Below are positions 1 through 7,404 of a stretch of 30,083 nt of DNA, piece by piece. A model generated the notes under the pieces. The model did not search any database. It was given only the letters and a program-made list of their open reading frames with translations, and was not told the origin of the DNA. Positions within the stretch are counted from its first letter, which is position 1, and each line of letters starts with the position of its first letter. Source of the stretch: Gemmatimonadota bacterium (GTDB lineage: Bacteria; Gemmatimonadota; Gemmatimonadetes; Longimicrobiales; RSA9); NCBI GenBank assembly GCA_040905425.1, contig JBBDRO010000051.1:1-30083 (forward strand). The letters run 5' to 3'. The position numbers were made by a program, and so were the translations under genes.

Positions 1-50
1 TCCTCTTCAACTGCGGTGGTCTCGACCTCTACCCACACAATGTCTTATAG
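1..50 (+). CDS. ISL3 family transposase, C-terminal end (partial at window edge)
   Basis: Translation LFNCGGLDLYPHNVL* in the frame starting at base 3; only 15 residues visible. Confidence 0.75.
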   Translation, partial: LFNCGGLDLYPHNVL

Positions 51-54
51 AGCC
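1..54 (+). mobile_element. Right end of an ISL3-family insertion sequence (rest lies left of the window)
   Basis: Frame from base 3 reads LFNCGGLDLYPHNVL-stop (TAG 48-50), the typical ISL3 transposase C-terminus (xLF[H/N]CGGLDLYP). The element ends in AGAGCC at 49-54 (reverse complement GGCTCTATAAGACATTGTGTGGGT), fitting ISL3 terminal inverted repeats that start GGCTCT. AT-rich ATCTTTGA (55-62) is a candidate 8-bp target duplication. Confidence 0.8.
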
Positions 55-186
55 ATCTTTGATTGCCAGCAAGAGGTGATCGGGAACCTGCCGCTCGGTG
101 ACAACTACGATTTCGCCGTGTCGGTTCTTCCAGCGCTCCCGCGTGCATCACCTCCTACAGGGACGTCCCCGCTTCGCTGGCCGTGA
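55..186 (+). pseudogene. Probable 3' remnant of the gene interrupted by the ISL3 element
   Basis: Open frame immediately after the IR (IFDCQQEVIGNLPLGDNYDFAV...WP*), followed by a strong terminator-like hairpin at 270-313. Family not identifiable. Confidence 0.3.
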
Positions 187-269
187 GCCAGCCGCCGGTC
201 GTGGGCCCTGTCCGTGGGTGGCGGGCCTGAGCCGCCCCGCCGAGGACTCTTGCAGGATACCCTGCAACG

Positions 270-313
270 CACCGGGCCCGCATCGCAAACGCGGTGCGGG
301 CCCGGTGGGTTTT
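270..313 (+). terminator. Putative intrinsic terminator
   Basis: CACCGGGCCCGCATCGC-AAAC-GCGGTGCGGGCCCGGTG, a 17-bp stem with one G-U pair, followed by GGTTTT. A smaller hairpin TTGCAGG-ATAC-CCTGCAA lies at 250-267. Confidence 0.6.
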
Positions 314-399
314 CCGGCAACATCGCTTGAAGGGTGATTGAAGGAAGCTCGCCGAGGTCTGTCGTCCATGCCCATGTGGGACGAGCAGGCCGCCCCCGT

Positions 400-621
400 C
401 ACCACATCATGCAGGGCCTCTCCGGCGCCGCCGACGCCGACGCCAACGGCATCGTCACCTTCTCCGAGGTGGCCGCCTACGTGAGCGCCGAGGTGCCTGG
501 CCAGACCAACGGCCGCCAGCACCCGCAGCGCAGCGGCATCGGCGACGTGCCGCTGGCGGTGGTGCCGGCCAGCAAGGCGGCGGGTGCGGGCGCCGGTGCG
601 GGCGGAGGCGGACAACGGTAG
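400..621 (+). pseudogene. C-terminal fragment of a caspase-family (peptidase C14) protein
   Basis: HHIMQGLSGAADADANGIVTFSEVAAYVSAEVPGQTNGRQHP matches the GLxGxADxDxDGxVTxxExxxYV...TxGxQxP tail of bacterial caspase domains. GC-rich codon use begins abruptly near 400, no catalytic His/Cys region upstream, and a terminator follows. Confidence 0.6.
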
Positions 622-651
622 GACGTCCCTTACGATCCGTTCTCCGCACGC

Positions 652-692
652 AGGGAGGCCGCCCGGATGGTTCGGGCGGCCTCTCTTGTCTT
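652..692 (+). terminator. Putative intrinsic terminator after the caspase fragment
   Basis: GAGGCCGCCCG (655-665) pairs perfectly with CGGGCGGCCTC (673-683), followed by TCTTGTCTT, about 30 nt after the stop at 621. Confidence 0.55.
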
Positions 693-949
693 GCTGCGAA
701 GGGGTACGCCGCAGCACGTCTTGGCGGCGTCATCATCTCCGCCTGGCGTTCTCCCGCGGGCAGACATGTCTTGCCCTCACGGAGAGCGGCGGGTACCGTG
801 GGCGGGACAACCTGCCCGGCCGACGCAGGCCGACCCGATCACCCGTCGATCCGGACCGCTTCCGCACCCGCGTGTCTCTCGCCTGACATGCACCTCCCTG
901 CCCTCGGGCGGACGCGCTCCTGATCGTCGATCGCCACACGAGGTGCCCC

Positions 950-1108
950 ATGCCTGCCGTGCTGGTCGTCGATGATGAAGCCTCTCCTGGGGAGTTCGCC
1001 GGATTCGGTGCGGTTCGAAGAACTGCTGCTCGATGCCCGGAGGGAGCATGGGCGACCGCAATGACTGCCTGCAATTGCAGCGTGACGGGCTCCACCGCTA
1101 ACCGATGA
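950..1108 (+). pseudogene. Possible remnant of a response-regulator receiver domain
   Basis: RBS-like GAGGTG (940-945), ATG at 950, reads MPAVLVVDDEA (canonical REC strand 1 and acidic pocket), then loses similarity. A different frame reads VRFEELLLDARR, resembling a REC C-terminal helix. Confidence 0.35.
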
Positions 1109-2103
1109 CCATCTGCACCCGGCGCCGGTGGCTAGCATTAATCCTCGTGGCGGGGGCGCTGCTGGGCGCCGCGGAAGTAGCTAGTGACGGTCAGGACGGC
1201 AGTCAGAACCAGTTCGGCTTCATACGCGATGCGGCGCTCAATCCGAGCGGCGTCCTGTCCGTTCTCGATGTCTCGATCGGCAACAACAGAGCGGTGGTCG
1301 TCCTGGACTCACTCGGCCGTCGAGTGAGTGAGCTGCCAGCGGGCAGAGCGGACGGTCAGGTCTCAGCAGCGACGGGATTGGGCACCGCGCCCGGCGGGCG
1401 ATTGCTCGTGGCAGATTGGGGAAACAGCCACGTCAGCGTCTTCGTCATCGATGAAGCACGGCGCCCCGTACACACACTGACGATCGATACGGGACAGGCG
1501 CACGACGCGTGCGGAAGTGCCACCGAGTACTTCGTGGCAGCACCGCGCCTCACGGGGCTAATCCACGTATACGATGCCACGGGCGGACACGTGCGGTCCT
1601 TCGGCGAGCCGGCGGTTCTCGACTACGCCATCGAGGTGAACCGTCAGGAACACCTGTTGGCAAAGGCTAACGCGGCATCGGTAGCGTGCGACACGTCGGA
1701 AGGTGCGTTGTATCACTACAACCTGGTTCTGGGACGCATTACCAAATTTCTATTCGATGGCAGTGAGGTTTGGACGGTGCGGCTCGAGCAAGAGGATTTC
1801 TCCCACCTGGAGGCGGGCAACGGGTGGTGCTGCGGTGTGCTGCCGGGTTCCTCGGGACGGCAACTGGAGGGGAAAATGCCCCTCGTCCTGGACGGGAGCG
1901 TTCTCCGGGTCAGCGCCGGCGAGTACGTAGGAGAGGCTCGGTGGTCGCACCATAGCTACGTCCTGGACGCCGCCACAGGGCGGCTGCTGGAAAAGCAGCC
2001 GATGGATTGGTTGCCGCTCGGCACCATCGGCGGACGAAGTTACAATTACCTCGCGGGTTCACCATCGCGTATCAGCGTCGTCCCGGCAGGAGCCCGGAAG
2101 TGA
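1105..2103 (+). CDS. Exported 6-bladed beta-propeller (NHL-like) protein
   Basis: 332-aa ORF, signal-like N-terminus (RRRWLALILVAGALLGAA), NHL-type blades (GRLLVADWGNSHVSVF, IHVYDATGGHVRSFG). Confidence 0.75.
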   Translation: MTICTRRRWLALILVAGALLGAAEVASDGQDGSQNQFGFIRDAALNPSGVLSVLDVSIGNNRAVVVLDSLGRRVSELPAGRADGQVSAATGLGTAPGGRLLVADWGNSHVSVFVIDEARRPVHTLTIDTGQAHDACGSATEYFVAAPRLTGLIHVYDATGGHVRSFGEPAVLDYAIEVNRQEHLLAKANAASVACDTSEGALYHYNLVLGRITKFLFDGSEVWTVRLEQEDFSHLEAGNGWCCGVLPGSSGRQLEGKMPLVLDGSVLRVSAGEYVGEARWSHHSYVLDAATGRLLEKQPMDWLPLGTIGGRSYNYLAGSPSRISVVPAGARK

Positions 2104-3329
2104 GCGGCGCAGCGGCTGGTAGGCTCTGGAATTTTGAGGCCGGCCGGCGCTACATGTCATTCGGCACCATTGCGTCCGCGCTCAGCACCGCCTGCATCGG
2201 CTGCGTTGACGCAGCACCCGCCGGCCGTGTGGTCAGCGACAGCGGCGGTGTAACCATCGTCCAGAGCGCCGCCGGCGCACCGGTGCGCATCCTGCGCGCC
2301 GACACCACCCCGGTGCTGACCATTGGCGGCGCGACGGCGGAGGGCGCCGAAGTGGTGCACAACGTTCGCTGGGGAGCGCTCCTGGAGGACGGCGCCGTAG
2401 TTGTGCTCGATGGCAATGACGAGGTGCGTCTCTTCGACGCGGCGGGGCGCCACTTACGCTCATTCGGAGGGCCGGGCGACGGACCGGGCGAGTTGCGGCA
2501 GCCGCAACGCGTCTGGGCGCTGGCCGATTCGCTCGTGGTCTGGCAGGCGGACAATCGCCTGACGGTCTATCCATTGGACGGCAGTCCGCCCCGCGTGCTG
2601 ACGAGCAGTGCGTCCCGCACGCCGACTACCGACCGGCGAGCATGGTTGGACGGCGCCCGGGTGGTGCTCGCGCTCAGCAACCGGCCACCGATCATTGAGG
2701 GGATGGCCGGCGAGCATCCGGGAGACGTACACGTACAGGTGGACTTTACGGCCGTGGCGCTTGATGACGGTGAGTCGAGCACCGTGGTATCGCTGCCCGG
2801 CGCCGTGGAACGGTATCTGGAGCTCCGCATCGGGAGGTTTGGCCAGATGAACTTCTACCCCCTGGCCATGTATGGGGCCGCGCATGGCGCGGGTTCGCCG
2901 GGCCGGTTCTACGCCGGCAGCGCCCGGCGGCCGGAGGTTCAGGTGTTCGACACGACCGGAAGCTTGGTCCGCGTGGTGCGCTGGGACACCGCTACCACGG
3001 CCATCGGGGACGAAATGGCTGAGCGCTTCCGAGCCAGCCAGGTGCCTGCGATGCGTGCGGTCCCGCTGGCCGACAGCGTTCCCTACTTCGACGAACTGGC
3101 CGCCGACACCGAGGGACGCCTCTGGGTGCGACTCTTCGACGCGCGCTCCGCAGAGGTTCCGCAGCGGTGGATGATCTTCGATCGGGACGGCCGGCGATCG
3201 GCCGTGGCCTATGTGCCGCACGACATGGAAGTCCTTGACGTGGGGCTGCACCACCTGCTGGCGCTCGGCGTGGACAGCCGCGGGGCGCAGGCGCTGCACG
3301 TCCTGCGTCTCGTGGAGGAGCGCCGCTAG
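2100..3329 (+). CDS. Exported 6-bladed beta-propeller protein, possibly a lipoprotein
   Basis: Motifs VRLFDAAGRHLRSFGGPGDGPGELRQP, DTEGRLWVR and WMIFDRDGR are typical of this propeller family. Start uncertain: GTG 2100 (overlaps upstream TGA) or ATG 2154; the 2007 start in the ORF track is probably too long. Confidence 0.8.
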   Translation: MSGAAAGRLWNFEAGRRYMSFGTIASALSTACIGCVDAAPAGRVVSDSGGVTIVQSAAGAPVRILRADTTPVLTIGGATAEGAEVVHNVRWGALLEDGAVVVLDGNDEVRLFDAAGRHLRSFGGPGDGPGELRQPQRVWALADSLVVWQADNRLTVYPLDGSPPRVLTSSASRTPTTDRRAWLDGARVVLALSNRPPIIEGMAGEHPGDVHVQVDFTAVALDDGESSTVVSLPGAVERYLELRIGRFGQMNFYPLAMYGAAHGAGSPGRFYAGSARRPEVQVFDTTGSLVRVVRWDTATTAIGDEMAERFRASQVPAMRAVPLADSVPYFDELAADTEGRLWVRLFDARSAEVPQRWMIFDRDGRRSAVAYVPHDMEVLDVGLHHLLALGVDSRGAQALHVLRLVEERR

Positions 3330-3359
3330 CCTAGTACCGGCTACGGTGATCGGTCACGC

Positions 3360-3548
3360 GTGCTTGTAAGCCAGTTGTTCCCTGGATTCATCTTCGAAAA
3401 TCTTTCCGACGGACGGGTGGTAGTCTACCGGGAGACGGACGACGGCCTGCAGTACTTAGAGATCGTCATGCTCGAATTATCGCGGCGGCGTCAACCCAGC
3501 GCGATGCTCGCCGGTGATCTTTTGCTGCCAGCAATAGGTGATCTGTAA
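3360..3548 (+). pseudogene. Small ORF, possibly the C-terminal remnant of a third propeller gene
   Basis: DGRVVVYRETDDGLQYLEIVMLEL resembles the last blade of the neighbouring family (compare LLALGVDSRGAQALHVLRL); AT-richer codons and no convincing RBS. Confidence 0.3.
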
Positions 3549-3844
3549 CCCACCCCCGCATCTACGATCCACCCACGCCGCTCGACCAGGCCCTCGATCA
3601 GGTGGCCGCATGGATGGAGTCTCCTTCCCTGGTGATGATCGCCGAGGGCGAGGGCTACTGGGAGCGCCTCTCCGAGGTGGCCCGGGGCGGAAGGGTGACG
3701 GGCGGGAGGGTGCATGACGCCCGCATCGCCGCACTCTGCTTGCACCACCGAGTGGATGAACTGTGGAGTGCCGACCGGGACTTGTCGAGATTCCCGGAGC
3801 TGAGGATCCGCAACCCCCTCATGGACTCGAGGCAAGCGCCCTGA
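3545..3844 (+). pseudogene. vapC: 5'-truncated VapC-type PIN-domain toxin
   Basis: Frame reads VTHPRIYDPPTPLDQALDQVAAWMESPSL...GGRVHDARIAALCLHHRVDELWSADRDLSRFPELRIRNPL, the distal two-thirds of a VapC. An in-frame TGA at 3539-3541 replaces the N-terminal DTN motif; no antitoxin upstream. Confidence 0.8.
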
Positions 3845-4025
3845 CGGGGTACCCTGAACACGCTGCCGCGACGCCGGCAGCAGTGCGCGGTGAGGGTTCA
3901 GACGGACGTCGCTTGGATGGAATTGAAATGAGGTGACGAACCTGCGCGTGCGGAGGGATGGCGCTCCCGCCGCGAACCCTGTGCGTCAGGGTCCCCGGCG
4001 GGGCGGCTCACCGGTCAGAACGGTC

Positions 4026-6074
4026 TCACATCACGTCGCGCGGCCGCGGCGCTAGCTTCACCGACCACAGCCCGCTGTTGAAGTCGGAGAAGAAGATGTG
4101 GCCCTTGTAGGGCTGGGCGCCCCACACCATGGCCGAGTTGGCCGCGAAGCCCGCCGGGTCATAGGACTTGAAGACGGCGATCTCGCGGCCCTGGTTGTAG
4201 AGGTCTCCCAGCAGCTCGCCGGAGACGTCCACCATGCGCACGCCGCCCTCGTAGTAGCCCTGGAAGAGGATGTCATCCTCCACCCACGAGTTGTGGGTGC
4301 CGAACTCGTCCACCTCGTAGCGGGCCACGTCCTTGGGATTCTCCGGGTCCGTCCAGTCGATGATGTGGATGTAGCCGGAGTAGGCGGAGGGCGTGCCGCC
4401 CTGCGTGGGGACGCCGTTCAGGTAGTCCCCGCGCCAGGCGGCGCCCGGACGCGCCATGATCTCGTCACCCAGGAAGAGGTAGAACTTGCCGGCGCTCTCC
4501 GAATAGTACGGGAAGGCGGCGTGCGTGCGGCCTACCGGATAGGGGACGGCCTTCACGAAGACCGGGTTCTCGATGCTGCCGCCCCACTTGCCGTTGCCCA
4601 CGTCCACGATGACCACGCCGGTGCCCCACTCGGAGGAGTAGGCAATGCCGTCGTTCACCCACACGTCGTGCAGGCGGGAGTCAGGATGGTTGTACTCGGA
4701 GACGTAGCGCGGGTTGTCCAGGTCACGCACGTCGATGATGACGTACTTGTCCCCGCCGGAGAGGGCAAAGAGGTAGTCCTCGGTGGCGAACATGTTGTGC
4801 ACGCCGCCGGTGATGCCCTCCTCCACGTAGCCGGCGATGCGCGGCTGCCGCGGGTTGGACATGTCCACCAGCACGGGGCCGTTGGCGCGCGTGGAGGCGC
4901 CCTCCCGCGAGAGCGCCACGTAACGGCCGCTGGGTGAGGCCTTCACGTCATTCACCGTGCGGGCATCCACCTGCAGCGAGTCCATGAGCACGATGTTGGC
5001 CGGGTCTGTGACGTCCCAGAAATAGGCCCAGCCGTCCCCGTTCCAGGTGCCGGTGACGGCGTAGTCGCCGCCGTCGGCGCCGGGGAATACCCACAGGTCC
5101 GAGGTGTGAACGTGGGTAATGGAGCCATGGCCGGTGAAGTCGATGTCCCGCACGGCCTCGCGCGGGCGGACGTCCACGGTGCGGCGCGCGGAGAGGGGGC
5201 CGGCGTTGGCGATGATGGTGTAGAGCCCCGGCTCCTCCGCCACGAACTTGCCGTCCTGGATGTAGCCGCTGGCGCCCGGCGCCTTGATGGTGTCGTCGGG
5301 CACGAAGGTGTAGGACCAGGTGGTGGGGATGCCGGCGACGGGGCTGCCGGATGCGTTCCTGGCGGTGGCGCTCACGTCGATGACGTCACCCGTACGCAGG
5401 CGCTCGGCGGACACGTCCACCTCGAGCTGTGTGGCGGGGAAGGCGCTCACGGTGTAGGACGTGTCCTGGCGGCCCTGCTCCAGCGAAGCGGTGATGGTCA
5501 CCTGGCCCGGGGCCACGGCGGTAACGTTGCCGAAGCGGTCCACGGTGGCCACGGCCGGATTGCTGCTCCGCCACTGGATCTGGGCACCGGGGCGCTCCGA
5601 ACCGTTGGCGTGGAAGGCCTTCGCGGTATGGCGCACGGTGGTTCCGGCGTAGAGCCGATCCGCCTCGGCCTCGACGCTGATGCGGGCAATGGCCGGCCAG
5701 CGCACGTTCACCGGGATGGTCAGGGTGACGGGCTCACGGTCCGCGTCCTGCGGCAGCGGCACGCTGGCCGCCAGCTCCCAGTTGCCCGCCGCGAGGCCAG
5801 TCACTACGTAGCTGCCGCCCTCTCCCGGGGAAACCCGTACGGCCGAGCGCGCTCCGGTGAGGCGGATGGGGACGTCCACGGCGTTACCCTGCGCGTCCAC
5901 CGCCACCAGGCGGAGGGTGGCCTCCTGGAAGGCCTCCACGTTCAGGTTGGCCGGCTCCACACGGATGCTGGTGACCCGGAGGGCGGCTTCCGAGGTCTGC
6001 TGGGCCGACAGCGTGCCGGCCGCACCCAGGAGGGCCAGGGCGGTGACGAGCGCTGCGCGAGGCATTAGCTTCAT
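4026..6074 (-). CDS. Exported Ig-like (Big_2) domain plus LVIVD-repeat beta-propeller protein
   Basis: Signal peptide (..GAAGTLSA|QQ), Big_2 motif WRSSNPAVATVDRFGNVTAVAPGQVTITA, LVIVD-type blades (YVIIDVRDLDNPRYV, GVVIVDV, IHIIDWTDPENPKDVA). RBS AGGAGA upstream. Confidence 0.9.
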   Translation of the reverse strand: MKLMPRAALVTALALLGAAGTLSAQQTSEAALRVTSIRVEPANLNVEAFQEATLRLVAVDAQGNAVDVPIRLTGARSAVRVSPGEGGSYVVTGLAAGNWELAASVPLPQDADREPVTLTIPVNVRWPAIARISVEAEADRLYAGTTVRHTAKAFHANGSERPGAQIQWRSSNPAVATVDRFGNVTAVAPGQVTITASLEQGRQDTSYTVSAFPATQLEVDVSAERLRTGDVIDVSATARNASGSPVAGIPTTWSYTFVPDDTIKAPGASGYIQDGKFVAEEPGLYTIIANAGPLSARRTVDVRPREAVRDIDFTGHGSITHVHTSDLWVFPGADGGDYAVTGTWNGDGWAYFWDVTDPANIVLMDSLQVDARTVNDVKASPSGRYVALSREGASTRANGPVLVDMSNPRQPRIAGYVEEGITGGVHNMFATEDYLFALSGGDKYVIIDVRDLDNPRYVSEYNHPDSRLHDVWVNDGIAYSSEWGTGVVIVDVGNGKWGGSIENPVFVKAVPYPVGRTHAAFPYYSESAGKFYLFLGDEIMARPGAAWRGDYLNGVPTQGGTPSAYSGYIHIIDWTDPENPKDVARYEVDEFGTHNSWVEDDILFQGYYEGGVRMVDVSGELLGDLYNQGREIAVFKSYDPAGFAANSAMVWGAQPYKGHIFFSDFNSGLWSVKLAPRPRDVM

Positions 6075-6179
6075 GGGAGGGTCTCCTGTCGCGGGTGTGA
6101 CGTCCGAAGAATGATGGCCGCAGAGGGTGGCGCCACCTGTTGATACCAGGAATCATTTCATTCTGATTGGATCCGCAAG

Positions 6180-7400
6180 ATGCCGAGAGAGCGCAACCTC
6201 CGCAAGCATGGTCCTGCTGACGTAGCCCGGCGCGCCGCCGCGGTGCTGGTGCTCTCCGCCGCGCTCGGGGCGGGCGCCGCGGCCGCCCAGGCGCCGGCCG
6301 GGGAGCGCCCGGCGGCCACCTACTGGGTGTACGTGGGCGCCGAGTCGGCGGACCTCCTGCACCGGGTCCGCTTCGGCCCGGACGGGGCGGAAGTGGAGAA
6401 GACCATCCCGGCCGGGGTGCTGCCCACCGAGACCGAAGGCCCGCACGGCCTGCGCGTGGACGCCGCCGGCAAGTACCTGCACGTCACCACCGGGCACGGG
6501 CTCCCCTTCGGACAGTACTGGAAGTATGCGCTGGGGCCCGACACGCTGGTGGGCGCGCCGGTGGCGCTCGGTGACTTCCCGGCTACCCTGGACGTCACGC
6601 CGGACGGGCTCTACGCCTTCGTGGTGAACTTCAATCTGCACGGGGAGCACGTCCCGTCCAGCGTCTCGGTGGTCTACACGCCGGAGAACACCGAGGTGGA
6701 GCGCATCACCACCTGCACCATGCCGCACGGCGCCCGCATGAACCCGGCGGGTACGCGGCTCTACTCCGCCTGCATGATGGATGACCAGCTCGTGGAGCTG
6801 GACACCAACCTCTTCCAGGTGGCGCGCCGCTTCAGCGTCTCGGTGGGGGACGAGGGCCCCATCGAGGAAATGCACGACAACGCCATGCACGCCCAGCACA
6901 TGGCTGACCCCGCGCACGCCATGCAGCATGCCATGGAACACGGAGAGATGGCGGCGCCCACCTGCTCGCCCACCTGGGCGGAGCCCTCCCCCGACGGTCG
7001 CTGGGTGTATGTGGCGTGCAACAAGGCCAACACCATCCTGCAGATTGACGCGGAGGACTGGAGGCTGGAGCGTACGCTGGAGACCGGTACCGCGCCGTAC
7101 AACCTGGCCGCCACCCCGGACGGACGGCGCCTGGTGGCCACGCTGAAGAAGCAGGCCGCCGTGCAGGTCTTCGATCTGAGCACGGGGGAGAGCCTGGCCA
7201 CCATGCCCTCCACCACCACCGTCACGCACGGCGTGGTGGTCTCACCCGACTCGCGCTACGCCTTCGTGAGCGTGGAGGGGGTGGGCGCCGAGCCCGGCAA
7301 GGTGGACATCTACGACCTGGAATCCTTCGAGCGGGTGGCCAGCGTGGAGGTGGGGCAGCAGGCGGGGGGGATCGCGTTCTGGAAGATGGAGGCCCGCTAG
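6180..7400 (+). CDS. Exported YncE/YVTN-family beta-propeller protein with His/Met-rich insertion
   Basis: Repeats PHGLRVD, PATLDVTPDG, PHGARMNPAG, PTWAEPSPDGRWVYVACN, PYNLAATPDG, THGVVVSPDSRYAFV; hydrophobic signal ending AAAA|QA. Confidence 0.9.
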   Translation: MPRERNLRKHGPADVARRAAAVLVLSAALGAGAAAAQAPAGERPAATYWVYVGAESADLLHRVRFGPDGAEVEKTIPAGVLPTETEGPHGLRVDAAGKYLHVTTGHGLPFGQYWKYALGPDTLVGAPVALGDFPATLDVTPDGLYAFVVNFNLHGEHVPSSVSVVYTPENTEVERITTCTMPHGARMNPAGTRLYSACMMDDQLVELDTNLFQVARRFSVSVGDEGPIEEMHDNAMHAQHMADPAHAMQHAMEHGEMAAPTCSPTWAEPSPDGRWVYVACNKANTILQIDAEDWRLERTLETGTAPYNLAATPDGRRLVATLKKQAAVQVFDLSTGESLATMPSTTTVTHGVVVSPDSRYAFVSVEGVGAEPGKVDIYDLESFERVASVEVGQQAGGIAFWKMEAR

Positions 7401-7404
7401 GGCC

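Noticed and set aside
6147..6168. AATCA-N8-TGATT / Fur-like AT-rich patch between the LVIVD and YncE genes
   Set aside because: Only a partial, gapped match to a Fur box; not distinguishable from ordinary promoter AT-richness.
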